Source of the DNA: an uncultured Gemmatimonadaceae bacterium
GTDB taxonomy: Bacteria; Gemmatimonadota; Gemmatimonadetes; Gemmatimonadales; GWC2-71-9
Direction of reading: 5' to 3'
Length of the DNA: 55,910 bases
NCBI GenBank assembly: GCA_964348385.1
Contig: CAYGCN010000004.1
Coordinates: forward strand, 1 to 55,910
The notes under the pieces were generated by a model. The model saw only the letters and a list, made by a program, of their open reading frames with translations. It had not been told where the DNA came from and ran no database searches. This document shows positions 25,717-34,724 of the stretch, piece by piece. Position 1 is the stretch's first letter. Each line of letters starts with the position of its first letter. The position numbers and the translations under genes are program-made.

Positions 25717-27120
25717 TCAGATACCCGGCGGATCGAGCGGATTCGCGGGCTTGGGGAGGTTGGGATTCCCCTCGTACTCCTCCAGCGGCAGTGGGAAGCA
25801 GGTCCACGGCCCGTACACGGCCGGTGGCCGGTCGGGGTTGGGGTGCGCACCGCTCGGGAAGAAATCGCCGACGCCCTGCCGCGCCCAGCGCCGCAGGTCA
25901 CCGAGCCGAATGCCACTCATGAACGTGTCACGGGCCCGCTGCCGACGGAGCTCCGCGGCCAGAGCCGCACCCGTCAGTGTGACCGGGGCCTCGTTGCCCA
26001 CCGCACGTCGGTCATTGACGAACTGGAGCACCGGCGCTTCCGCCCCGCCGGAGCGCAGCATGGCCTCGTACATGTGGTGCTGCGCTTCGTTGTAGTCGGC
26101 CAGCATGACATCCGTGTTCGTCTGAAACAGGATCACATCCGTGCCTTCGACAGCGCCCGACGCGATGGTCGCGCCGGAATAGCCGCTGAACCGGCGCCCC
26201 TGGTACGGCTTGTAGAGCCTGGTCGAGGCGTCGTGTCCGGTACTGTAGGTGGACGTGTGCTGGATCCGCGGATCGGTCTGCGTTGCGACCAATCCTTGTG
26301 TCCCGTACGTGCCGTTGAGGAACGCCGGGTGGACGCCGATCGTGTGGTTCGAGCCCGTGACCTCATTGAACAGGTTGTTCCACAGGTCCGTGTTGGCGTC
26401 CGAGTAGTCGACCCAGTAGACGAAGGCTGGGTCGACCTGCTGCGCCTGCGCAATCGTGTTGGCGAAGTCCTCCATGTTGAGGTACGTCCGCGCCAGCCCC
26501 ACACGGGCCAAATTGACGATGTCGTCGGCCCCGGCCGCCGTCCCGACGGTGATGGCCCGCTGGAAGTGCGGGATGGCCTTCGGGAATACCTGGTCCGGGG
26601 TTTCAATCGTCGTTCCAAGGCTGTCCGCCGTCCCGAACACGGCCTGGCACATCGTCTCGCCGATGAACACATAGCCGTACGCGGTCAGCGCCGACACCAG
26701 CGCCACGCGGCGGTCCGAGGCCGGATTGGCCGCGAGGGCGTCCAACTTCTCCAACGTGGCCTCGCCGGTGCGGACGATTCTGCTCTGGTCGGACCAGACG
26801 GCGTCAACCGGGCCTTCCGTGTAGTTGACGATGCGCTGATTGACGCGCTGCCAGTCTTCCCAGTTGAGGCCGGTGAGGGTCTCGTCAGTGAGGAACGCGG
26901 CTGCCTGGATTACGGTCGACTCGTCACCCGCGATGTTGTCCGAAAACGCGGCGATGACGCCGTTTACCTGGGCGTCCAGGAGTGCGTTGTCGTCCAACTC
27001 ACCGACTCCGATCTCCTCCGGATTGTCCACGGTCAGGATCTCGTCACAGGCGGAGAGTGGCACCAACAGGAACGCCACGGCGAGCATCCCCGCCCATCGC
27101 GCAATGTGCTTGCTGCGCAT
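25717..27120 (-). CDS. SusD/RagB-family outer-membrane lipoprotein
   Basis: 467-aa ORF. Lipoprotein signal MLAVAFLLVPLSAC. Helical SusD-like composition. Starts 13 nt after the SusC-like stop. Confidence 0.9.
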   Translation of the reverse strand: MRSKHIARWAGMLAVAFLLVPLSACDEILTVDNPEEIGVGELDDNALLDAQVNGVIAAFSDNIAGDESTVIQAAAFLTDETLTGLNWEDWQRVNQRIVNYTEGPVDAVWSDQSRIVRTGEATLEKLDALAANPASDRRVALVSALTAYGYVFIGETMCQAVFGTADSLGTTIETPDQVFPKAIPHFQRAITVGTAAGADDIVNLARVGLARTYLNMEDFANTIAQAQQVDPAFVYWVDYSDANTDLWNNLFNEVTGSNHTIGVHPAFLNGTYGTQGLVATQTDPRIQHTSTYSTGHDASTRLYKPYQGRRFSGYSGATIASGAVEGTDVILFQTNTDVMLADYNEAQHHMYEAMLRSGGAEAPVLQFVNDRRAVGNEAPVTLTGAALAAELRRQRARDTFMSGIRLGDLRRWARQGVGDFFPSGAHPNPDRPPAVYGPWTCFPLPLEEYEGNPNLPKPANPLDPPGI

Positions 27121-27133
27121 GATGCCCCCTCCT

Positions 27134-30100
27134 CTAAAAGTTCACGTTGATGGATGCCGACAGCCGACGCGGTGGCGGCACCGAGGCGTAGTCCAGCACC
27201 TCGAAACGGTTGGAGCTGGTCCCTCTTGACCACAGCACCTCGGGGTCACCGGGACCGTCGTATTTCGTCGTGACCCAGAGGTTCCGGCCGGCCAACGTCA
27301 CGCTCCACCGGCTGGCCCGGAACGGCCCACCCAGACTGCGCGGAATGGTGTAGGTGAGCGACAGCTCACGAAGCTTCAGGAAGTCCGCTGCCTGAATGTA
27401 GGTCTCGGTTTGCTGGCTGAGTGCCACTTCCACGTCGACCGGGTCCGCGTCGGGATTGTTGATTTCCCAGGTGTTCTGGTCGGACCGATTGTTGATGGAG
27501 CAGATGGCGCACAGCTGGTAAAAGCCGCCTTTGTAGTCGAAGTTGACGAACAGTCGGAGGTCACCGAACAGCGTGAAGGTGTTCGACAACCCGATCTCCC
27601 TAGTGGGCGTCGACGATCCCACGTACCGCTCGTGGCAGCTCCCGCCGTAGCCGTCCGGATCCTCCGTATCGGGCCAGCTGCACTCGAAGTCGACTTCCAC
27701 GTCACCGCCGGCGTCCACGATCGGATCGCCGTTCGCATCGCGGAACACGTCGACCGCCCAGAAGGCGCCGAGCGGATACCCCTCGCGGTGCCGCTGCGAG
27801 TTGGTGAACGCCCCGAACTGGATCTCGTCTCTGGTCCCACCGAACGAGACGAGCTCGTTGCTGTTCAGCCCGAGGGACATCGTGAGGTCCCAGGAGAAGT
27901 TGGATTTGCGCACCGGGCTGGCGGTGGCCAGGAACTCGAACCCGCGGTTGGCGATCTCGCCGATATTCACCAGGTGGCTACCACTGAAGCCACTGGATGG
28001 CGCATCGGGGATCTCCATCAACGCGTCTTTGGTGTGCTGGTTGTAGTAGGTCACCTCGAGACCGAGCACGCCGCCGAACAGCGACGCGTCGAACCCCAGC
28101 TCCCACTCGGATCCGGTTTCGGCCTTGAGGTCCGGATTCCCGAACTCCGATGGAAGCAGCGCGACGGCACTGGCGTCGTCGACGGCGGTGACGGCGGTCG
28201 AGAACGTCCGGTCCGCGGAGAACGGCGCGGGAGCGTTACCGGCCTGGCCCCAGGCGAATCGGAGCTTCAGGTCGTCCACACCGGGCACACGGAAGAAGTC
28301 CTCTTCGGAAATCACGTACGAGGCGGACACCTTGGGATACACCACCAACGAGAAGTCCGACCCGAACGCCGAGTTGTCGTCGACGCGGATCGCGCCCGTC
28401 ACGTACAGGCGGTCGCGCCACCCGACTTGCTCTTGCAGGAAGAACCCGAGCGACGTCTGCTCCTCGAAGCCCTCACTGGCCTCAGTGTTCGCCGCCGACC
28501 CAATGAGATTCAGGTTGTTGGCGACGAGCCCGTCTCCCTGTGCCGTGTACCGGCGGTACTGGCGGGCATTGATCTGCATGCCGCCGGAAAACCTCGACGT
28601 GAAGCTCTCGGAGAGTCGGGCACGGACCGAACCCGAGTAGTCCACCGTCCACGTGTGCGTCGTCGGCAGACGCTGCGTGATCTGGCCGGTGTTCTCCGGA
28701 GAGCCCCACTTGGCCGTCGAGTCGATCTGGTAAAAGTTGGTCTCCCGAACGTCATACTTGTCCAGGCCCAGCACCAGTCGATTCTCGAACCAGGGGAACG
28801 GATCGAAGTTCGCCGACAGGCCGATCGTGGTGCGCTCCTCCCGGATTTGCAGGTCGAACTCGTTCGACTCATCCGGCCCGAAGCCCCGGAATCCGGGCTC
28901 CCAAGGGTCGTTGTACGCCCGGGCGCGCCCCCGGTACGCATTCCGCAGCAGGCCGTTGGAGGCGTTGTCGCTCAGCGGCATGCCGATGTGATTCTGCGCG
29001 TACCCGAAGTTCAGTCCGAGGTTGAGCCGGCCGGTGGGCGTGAACTCGAAGTTGGCTCGACCGCCGGTGCGGTCCTGGAAATTGTTGAAGAAGATGCCCT
29101 CTTCGTCCATGCGATTGAACGAGAGGTAATAGTTGAACAGGTCGCCGCCGCCGCGGGCCGACAACTTCAGATCATACGCGTCGGCGGGGCGAATGGCGCG
29201 GGGGTGGCGCTGGATGGGGTTGTCGGTGATGACGAAGTCCCCACCCCAGTTGGGGTCCCGCAGGATGTCCGACTCGGGAATACCGGTGACCGGACCGTCA
29301 GGGCCCTCCCAGACGACCGACGACGGGTCGGCACAGCCGGGGTACGTGCCGGCGTTCGCCTGCCGCGACGCCGTGCAGCGATAGTACGTCGTGGGGGTTT
29401 CCTGCACCCACTCCGACTGAGCATACTCGAAGCCCAAGGACCACTGCACGCCTCCGGCTCCGCGCGTGCCTTTCTTGGTGATGATCTGAATCACGCCACT
29501 GGCGGCATCGGCGCCGTAGAGCGTGGCGGCCGCCGGGCCCTTGATCACCTCGATCCGCTCGATGTCCTGCGGGTCGATGAACTCCAGGGGACTCCGGTTC
29601 TGAATCGTGGAGTTCGTGCTGCCCAGCGTCGACAGCGGCGTCGCCTCGAATCGGATCCCGTCGATGTAGTAGACCGGGACGTACGAGGCGTTGAGCGATC
29701 CGGCGCCGCGGATCTTGACGCTGGAGCCTGTGCCCGTGAGGCCCGAGTTCTTGTACATGGTGAGCCCGGGCGAGCGCGCATTCAGCAGCTCCTGCACGTT
29801 CGCGATCGGTTGGCCGACCTCGGTGAGGCTGCTCACGTCGAGGCTGGTCACCGCATTGCCGACTTCGCGCTTCTCGGTGCGGCCCGCCGTTCCCGTGACG
29901 ACCATCTCGTCCAACTGGATGGGTGTCCGGGTCAGCGCAACCTCGACGACCGCCACCTGGCCGGTCGTGACCGTCACCTGTCGGTCAACGCGCGAGTACC
30001 CGATGAACATCACGCGGACCGTGTACTGGCCTTGCGGCACGTTCCGAAACTCGAAGCTCCCGGCTTCGTCGGCCCTCACCTCCATGTTCTGGCCTACGAG

Positions 30101-30265
30101 GAGCACGCGAGCGTTGCCGAGTGGCCGCAGCGTGGCGACGTCCGTGACCGTTCCGCGGATCGTCCCGCCGAGCTGCGCCCATAGGGCTTCGGTTCCCACG
30201 GCCGTAAGGAGGAGCGCGCCGGCACCAATGACCAGCCACGCTCTCAGCCGATGAGAGAAGGGCAT
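27134..30265 (-). CDS. SusC/RagA-family TonB-dependent outer-membrane transporter
   Basis: The ORF track gives 27134..30433. ATG 30265 (AGGAGG 6 nt upstream) gives MPFSHRLRAWLVIGAGALLLTAVGTEALWAQ. CarboxypepD_reg-like N-domain (GTIRGTVTDVATLRPLGNARVLLVGQ). Plug (IERIEVIKGPAAATLYGADAASGVIQIITKKG). Large barrel with the terminal ...SASINVNF. Confidence 0.94.
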   Translation of the reverse strand: MPFSHRLRAWLVIGAGALLLTAVGTEALWAQLGGTIRGTVTDVATLRPLGNARVLLVGQNMEVRADEAGSFEFRNVPQGQYTVRVMFIGYSRVDRQVTVTTGQVAVVEVALTRTPIQLDEMVVTGTAGRTEKREVGNAVTSLDVSSLTEVGQPIANVQELLNARSPGLTMYKNSGLTGTGSSVKIRGAGSLNASYVPVYYIDGIRFEATPLSTLGSTNSTIQNRSPLEFIDPQDIERIEVIKGPAAATLYGADAASGVIQIITKKGTRGAGGVQWSLGFEYAQSEWVQETPTTYYRCTASRQANAGTYPGCADPSSVVWEGPDGPVTGIPESDILRDPNWGGDFVITDNPIQRHPRAIRPADAYDLKLSARGGGDLFNYYLSFNRMDEEGIFFNNFQDRTGGRANFEFTPTGRLNLGLNFGYAQNHIGMPLSDNASNGLLRNAYRGRARAYNDPWEPGFRGFGPDESNEFDLQIREERTTIGLSANFDPFPWFENRLVLGLDKYDVRETNFYQIDSTAKWGSPENTGQITQRLPTTHTWTVDYSGSVRARLSESFTSRFSGGMQINARQYRRYTAQGDGLVANNLNLIGSAANTEASEGFEEQTSLGFFLQEQVGWRDRLYVTGAIRVDDNSAFGSDFSLVVYPKVSASYVISEEDFFRVPGVDDLKLRFAWGQAGNAPAPFSADRTFSTAVTAVDDASAVALLPSEFGNPDLKAETGSEWELGFDASLFGGVLGLEVTYYNQHTKDALMEIPDAPSSGFSGSHLVNIGEIANRGFEFLATASPVRKSNFSWDLTMSLGLNSNELVSFGGTRDEIQFGAFTNSQRHREGYPLGAFWAVDVFRDANGDPIVDAGGDVEVDFECSWPDTEDPDGYGGSCHERYVGSSTPTREIGLSNTFTLFGDLRLFVNFDYKGGFYQLCAICSINNRSDQNTWEINNPDADPVDVEVALSQQTETYIQAADFLKLRELSLTYTIPRSLGGPFRASRWSVTLAGRNLWVTTKYDGPGDPEVLWSRGTSSNRFEVLDYASVPPPRRLSASINVNF

Positions 30266-30288
30266 GCAGCACCTCCTTGGAAGAAGAA

Positions 30289-30423
30289 CGCAATACAACA
30301 ACGCCGCACACGGTAGTTCTCCTCGCATGTCCGTGTGCGACACCGAACCGGCCGGCGGGCGGCGTGCCCGCAGAGGGGCCGGCCAGACTGGGCCTACCCC
30401 GACAAATTGGGTCTTGTATTGCG
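30289..30423 (-). promoter_or_regulatory. Nested inverted repeats in the susC-like upstream leader (candidate structured RNA or operator)
   Basis: Perfect 10-bp IR CGCAATACAA (30289-30298) / TTGTATTGCG (30414-30423) encloses a perfect 9-bp IR CGCACACGG (30305-30313) / CCGTGTGCG (30331-30339) and GC-rich local stems. It lies 24-158 nt upstream of ATG 30265. Confidence 0.3.
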
Positions 30424-30530
30424 GGATGCGCAAGTCTTCACATTGAAACCCGGCCCAAGCCCCTGGTGGGTCTGAGAAGAGCCCGGTGTTCGGGCCCTTC
30501 GGATTCGGAGCGGACCCGTCTGTCTCCGGC

Positions 30531-31055
30531 CTACCTCGACGGGACGCTGACCTCGCCGGTCACGACCCCCGGGAGGTCGAAAGGAAGGATGTGCGGGATG
30601 TCCTGGACAGTCCGGACCAGGGCGTTGGCCCGCTCGACCTCGAGATTGAAGGTGTCCACCGCGGCGGTGTATTGCGGCTGCAGGGACTGGATCCGGGCCG
30701 CCGTCTGGTTGTAGTCGCGAATGAGCCCGTTGTACCGCTCCACCACCGTCGTGTACTCGTCATACATGGCGGCCGGGATGCCGCGTGGGTACTGCGTCTC
30801 CACGTCCTCGATCCACTCGCGGAGCCTGAGCGAATTCGTCTCGGTCTCCCCGAGCGACCGTTCGAGGCCGGTCAGTTCCTCCTCCATCGCCGTGATCCGT
30901 GCCTGCTCGGTCTCCAGCCGCGCAGCAAGGGTCTTGAGGGTGGCGCGATCCTCCCGGTGGCGCCACAGGTGCCCGCCGATCATGAAGGCGTTGACGCCGA
31001 CATAACCGGCGACCACCACACCGACAAGGGCCAGCACGGACTTGCCACGGCTCAC
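30531..31055 (-). CDS. Hypothetical membrane-anchored coiled-coil protein
   Basis: 174-aa ORF. GTG start preceded by AGGAGG. N-terminal TM (VLALVGVVVAGYVGVNAFMIGG) followed by heptad-like helices (LAARLETEQARITAMEEELTGLERSL...). Confidence 0.6.
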   Translation of the reverse strand: MSRGKSVLALVGVVVAGYVGVNAFMIGGHLWRHREDRATLKTLAARLETEQARITAMEEELTGLERSLGETETNSLRLREWIEDVETQYPRGIPAAMYDEYTTVVERYNGLIRDYNQTAARIQSLQPQYTAAVDTFNLEVERANALVRTVQDIPHILPFDLPGVVTGEVSVPSR

Positions 31056-31207
31056 GAGCGATCACCTCCTGGTGCAGCCAACGCGGGGCCCCGTCGGTCG
31101 CAATGAGCGGAACATGTGCGGCGCGGACCACGGTTCGGCGTGACCCCACTCACCTGGTTCCGACACTCACCGGGTCAGACGCGTCCCGCGCACCCCGGTT
31201 CCTCTCC

Positions 31208-31236
31208 CATATATGACGGCGTGCGACGGGAGGCAA
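31208..31236 (-). promoter_or_regulatory. Possible sigma-70-type promoter
   Basis: The minus strand reads TTGCCT-17 nt-TATATG in the only AT-rich patch of the 204-bp gap, about 150 nt upstream of GTG 31055. The promoter consensus for this lineage is unknown. Confidence 0.25.
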
Positions 31237-31259
31237 CCCCTCGTGTCGGACCCGGGACC

Positions 31260-31514
31260 CTAGTCCGCGAACGGAGAGCGCTTCGGGCGGCCGCGGGTTC
31301 CGTGGACCCCGTCCAGCATGCTCTGTAGCTCCTCCGTGCTCAACTCGAAGGGGTCCTTCTCGTACCCCGGTGCCGGGACCGTCACGCTCCGACTTGGGTT
31401 GCCGGACACTGGCTCGAACTGCCACTGGCTGCCCGAGCGGTCTCGCACTTCCCAGGCCTGCCCGTCGCGGTCGGTGAATCGTCGGTAGCCCATAACTGTT
31501 CCTCGTATGGTCAC
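31260..31514 (-). CDS. Hypothetical small protein
   Basis: 84-aa ORF with non-biased composition (GYRRFTDRDGQAWEVRDRSGSQWQFEP...DPFELSTEELQSMLD). Sits 6 nt after the upstream gene. The start may be ATG 31493. Confidence 0.55.
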   Translation of the reverse strand: MTIRGTVMGYRRFTDRDGQAWEVRDRSGSQWQFEPVSGNPSRSVTVPAPGYEKDPFELSTEELQSMLDGVHGTRGRPKRSPFAD

Positions 31515-31520
31515 ACGGAG

Positions 31521-32096
31521 TCAGAACACCAGACGAACCGCACCCGCCACGGCAGCAACCATCACCAGGAGCACACCGCTCCCCGCGGCCACGGCCGTGA
31601 CGACCAGCCAGATTGGGTTGCTGACGATCATCCAGTTGGCCACGTCCACGCCGAGTGTGTCCAGTTCGCTCCGCACCTCCCGTGCGGCGCGAAGGGCGCG
31701 GAACGCCCCGCGCAGCAATCGGAACCGGCCGGACCGCAGCGACAGCTTCACCTGGGCCGCGTGCGTCGTCGTCTTGTCCACGAGGCCGCGAAAAGCGTCC
31801 TGAACCCGCACGGCCGTGACGGCGGCATCCAGGGCCCGCGCGTAGTACCACAGCAACGCGGCGGGAGCAAGACTCAGCGCAAACAGGAGAGGTCGGACTC
31901 CTCCGAATCCCGGATACACGAACACCCAGCACCCCAGCGCCCCGGCCGCTGCCACCAGGGCCACGCCCCGAACCGCCCGGGCCCCCACACCGGAGATCCA
32001 GTCGAGGCGGGCCATCGCGGCGTTCAGCGCTCCGGACACCGTGTGTCTGGATTGCGGCTCCGTCACGAACCTCACCATGAGCGCGTTATTGTTCAA
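31521..32096 (-). CDS. Hypothetical membrane protein
   Basis: 191-aa ORF with about 4 hydrophobic segments. Divergent from the GntR gene. Confidence 0.55.
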   Translation of the reverse strand: MNNNALMVRFVTEPQSRHTVSGALNAAMARLDWISGVGARAVRGVALVAAAGALGCWVFVYPGFGGVRPLLFALSLAPAALLWYYARALDAAVTAVRVQDAFRGLVDKTTTHAAQVKLSLRSGRFRLLRGAFRALRAAREVRSELDTLGVDVANWMIVSNPIWLVVTAVAAGSGVLLVMVAAVAGAVRLVF

Positions 32097-32188
32097 TCAT
32101 GACCGGATCGTGCGGCCGGGGCCAGTGCTGACCGGGCGACTGGCCTTCGGTCGGACGACTTCATATCCTTGCCTAAACGAGCGGTGAG

Positions 32189-32626
32189 GTGCGGTTGCCG
32201 GACGAGCGAGCAGGAATCGCCCAGCGGTTGTCGGTTTACCTGGATCCGGGCAGTGACGAGCCGCTGTTTCGCCAGATCGTTGACCGGATCTGGCTGGAGG
32301 TAGTGACAGGCACCTTGGAAACCGGTGAGCGGCTCCCGACAGTGCGGCAGCTCGCCATCGACCTCGGGGTCCATCCCAACGCCGTCCAACGCGCGTACAA
32401 GGAGCTCGAGTTGCTCGGAGTGCTGGTCACCCGTCCCGGCGGCACCTACGTCGCCCTCACCTCGCCCGATACCTCCGCGCTCGAACGACGTGCCCAGCTC
32501 GACCGGTTGTGCACGGACATGCTGACGCAGGGGCGCGCATTCGGGTTCACGATCGACGACATCATCGACGCCCTCACCGAGCTGCGTGCGGCGCACCGGG
32601 AGGGAGGAACGCGGGAGGCGGAATGA
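32189..32626 (+). CDS. GntR-family transcriptional regulator, short YtrA-like type
   Basis: 145-aa ORF (GTG). wHTH signature PLFRQIVDRIWLEVVTGTLETGERLPTVRQLAIDLGVHPNAVQRAYKELELLGVLVTRPGGTYV, followed by only a short C-terminal tail. Confidence 0.88.
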   Translation: MRLPDERAGIAQRLSVYLDPGSDEPLFRQIVDRIWLEVVTGTLETGERLPTVRQLAIDLGVHPNAVQRAYKELELLGVLVTRPGGTYVALTSPDTSALERRAQLDRLCTDMLTQGRAFGFTIDDIIDALTELRAAHREGGTREAE

Positions 32627-33645
32627 GCAACGACTTCTTGCCGGTGCGCGTGAAGACTTCGTCACCGGGACGCTATGCGGGACGGCGCAGTGTGACCTCG
32701 CCGGACGACACCCGTTACCCGCCCGCCGCCATGCTCGGCGGGTTCGCGACGGCCGCCGGTGTTGTGGGGATCGGCGCCCTGTTTTCCCTCCTCACGCCAC
32801 CGGTGGGGGCGCTCGTAGTGGGGGGGATCGCGGCCATCGCGGGTGCGTTGGTGGGTTCGTCCATCAAGTTCGCGGATCAGTGGGAGAAGGCAGTGGTGCT
32901 ACGGTTGGGCAGGTATCGTGGCCTCCGCGGCCCCGGGCTGTTCTACGTCATTCCGGTGATCGACCGCGTCACCTATCACATCGACCAGCGGATCCGCACC
33001 ACCGACTTCGGCGCCGAGTCATGCCTCACCAAGGACACGGTGCCCGTGAACGTGGACGCCATCGCGTTCTGGATCGTGTACGACGCCGAGCGGGCGGCGC
33101 TCGAGGTGCAGGAATACGAGCAAGCGGTGGTGCTGGCGGCGCAGACCGCGCTGCGGGATGCGATCGGGAAGCACGACCTTGCCGAGCTGATTCAGTCGCG
33201 CAAGGAGCTGGGACGGGGGTTGCAGCAGATCCTGGACGAGAAGATGCACGACTGGGGCATCCAGGTGCAGTCGGTCGAGATCCGCGACGTGATCATCCCG
33301 AAGGCTCTAGAAGAGGCGATGTCGCGGCAGGCACAGGCGGAACGCGAGCGCCAGGCTCGAATCATTCTGGGCACGGCGGAAACACAGATCGCCTCGAAGT
33401 TCGTCGAGGCGGCCGAGAGCTACAGCCAGAACCCCGTGGCGCTCAACCTGCGGGCGATGAACATGCTGTACGAGAGCATCGTGAAGCGCGGCTCGCTCAT
33501 GGTGGTCCCGTCCGGACTCGCCGATTCGCTCAACTCCCCCAACATCCTCGGTCTGGCCGGCGTGGCCGGCAGTGCCGGCCTGGTCCAGACCGGCGGGGAA
33601 AAGCGGGAACGGGACAAGGAACCAGGAGCGTCCGGCGAGGACTGA
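32623..33645 (+). CDS. SPFH/band-7 (stomatin/prohibitin-like) membrane protein
   Basis: The ORF track gives 32509..33645. ATG 32623 (MSNDFLPV...) overlaps the GntR stop (ATGA). TM, then an SPFH core (WEKAVVLRLGRYRGLRGPGLFYVIPVIDRV...DTVPVNVDAIAFWIV...ALEEAMSRQAQAERERQARIILG). Confidence 0.92.
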   Translation: MSNDFLPVRVKTSSPGRYAGRRSVTSPDDTRYPPAAMLGGFATAAGVVGIGALFSLLTPPVGALVVGGIAAIAGALVGSSIKFADQWEKAVVLRLGRYRGLRGPGLFYVIPVIDRVTYHIDQRIRTTDFGAESCLTKDTVPVNVDAIAFWIVYDAERAALEVQEYEQAVVLAAQTALRDAIGKHDLAELIQSRKELGRGLQQILDEKMHDWGIQVQSVEIRDVIIPKALEEAMSRQAQAERERQARIILGTAETQIASKFVEAAESYSQNPVALNLRAMNMLYESIVKRGSLMVVPSGLADSLNSPNILGLAGVAGSAGLVQTGGEKRERDKEPGASGED

Positions 33646-33803
33646 CAGCGCTAGGCGCTCTCAACCGCTCGATGAACTTCTCGGCATTGATCGCGACGTC
33701 GTCCTCACCGATCTGGTCGAACGGGTTCTCCAGCGTTCTAGGTGTTCGCTTGAGCGGCGTCGGAAATAGATCGTGGGAGACGAGCGGGGGGACGCCGCGG
33801 CGA

Positions 33804-34241
33804 TCAGCCTTCGGCGGAGGCGCGCTCCCTATACAGCCAGCCACCCACCATCGTGGCGACGATCACCTCGACCAGACCGGTCAGCGCCCAGAACACCAGC
33901 AGCCAATCGGTGAACAGCCCCATCATCTTGTAGCCCAGTACCGACGGCACGTACCCGCCCAGCCACAAGACCACACTCACCAGGGCAGCGTTTTTGGGCC
34001 CGGGGCCAAATCGGGGTCGCGCCGCGGCATAGAACCAGACGAGGGCGAAGCCGATGAGCAGGGAAACCAGCGCCGCCAGGACGAAGCCGCCTAGCGTGAG
34101 GTCCATCGAGAGGTTGTGAGCCTCGAGGGCCACCTCCATCGGCCCCATGTACACCTGTGCGAAGATGCCCTCGGCCACGAAGATGACGGCCCCAGCCGCC
34201 AGGGCTCCGAGGGCCACACGCTGCATGTTGATCTGGGTCAT
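33804..34241 (-). CDS. Hypothetical membrane protein
   Basis: 145-aa ORF with four hydrophobic helices (ALGALAAGAVIFVAEGIF, GGFVLAALVSLLIGFALVWFY, ...). Confidence 0.6.
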   Translation of the reverse strand: MTQINMQRVALGALAAGAVIFVAEGIFAQVYMGPMEVALEAHNLSMDLTLGGFVLAALVSLLIGFALVWFYAAARPRFGPGPKNAALVSVVLWLGGYVPSVLGYKMMGLFTDWLLVFWALTGLVEVIVATMVGGWLYRERASAEG

Positions 34242-34321
34242 GGTCGGTCACTCCTTCCGCTGCGGCGCGGCCGCCGGTCGATGACCTCGCGCCGCTGCCG
34301 GAGAATGGGCGACCTCAAATA

Positions 34322-34705
34322 TCAGTTTCCGAACCGGGAGCGCCAGAAGTCGGCCACGGTCGTCACGGACTCCTCCGTAACCCTGGTACCGAGCGTGAGG
34401 AAGGCGCCGTGCCCGCCGCGAACGGAGAAGTCCGGGTCACGCAAGTCGCCGAAGCGGTAGCCCACGGTGACACGCTGGTACGCGCCCAGATAGTCGGCCG
34501 TGGACTCGAGCCGCTGGAGCCAGCGCGACGCGAGCGAGTGGGAATCGACTTCCTCTCCAAGCCCATGGACTGGACGGTCATCGCCGAGCGAGTACGGGAC
34601 CTCGTGGGCGGCAATCCGGTCCCCGGGCCGATCGCCGCGCGCGGGCAATGCACGACAAGAACGACGACGGGAGGTGGCTGCCCTGCCCACCTCCCATCGA
34701 CGCAT
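34322..34705 (-). CDS. Hypothetical protein (start uncertain)
   Basis: 127-aa ORF. Strong G/C third-position bias and non-biased residues from about IAAHEVPYSLGDDRPVHGL... to ...TTVADFWRSRFGN. The N-terminal 30 residues look non-coding, so the real start is probably downstream or non-ATG. Confidence 0.45.
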   Translation of the reverse strand: MRRWEVGRAATSRRRSCRALPARGDRPGDRIAAHEVPYSLGDDRPVHGLGEEVDSHSLASRWLQRLESTADYLGAYQRVTVGYRFGDLRDPDFSVRGGHGAFLTLGTRVTEESVTTVADFWRSRFGN

Positions 34706-34724
34706 CGACTCCTGCCAGCGGGCG

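Noticed and set aside
33660-33733. About 25 codons on the minus strand (LENPFDQIGEDDVAINAEKFIERL) with coding-like G/C third positions, in the gap between the SPFH gene and the membrane-protein gene.
   Set aside because: There is no ATG/GTG/TTG start between it and the upstream gene. The frame differs from 33804..34241. It only terminates after running 115 nt antisense into the SPFH gene, with non-coding-like composition. It is too short to distinguish a gene remnant from chance.
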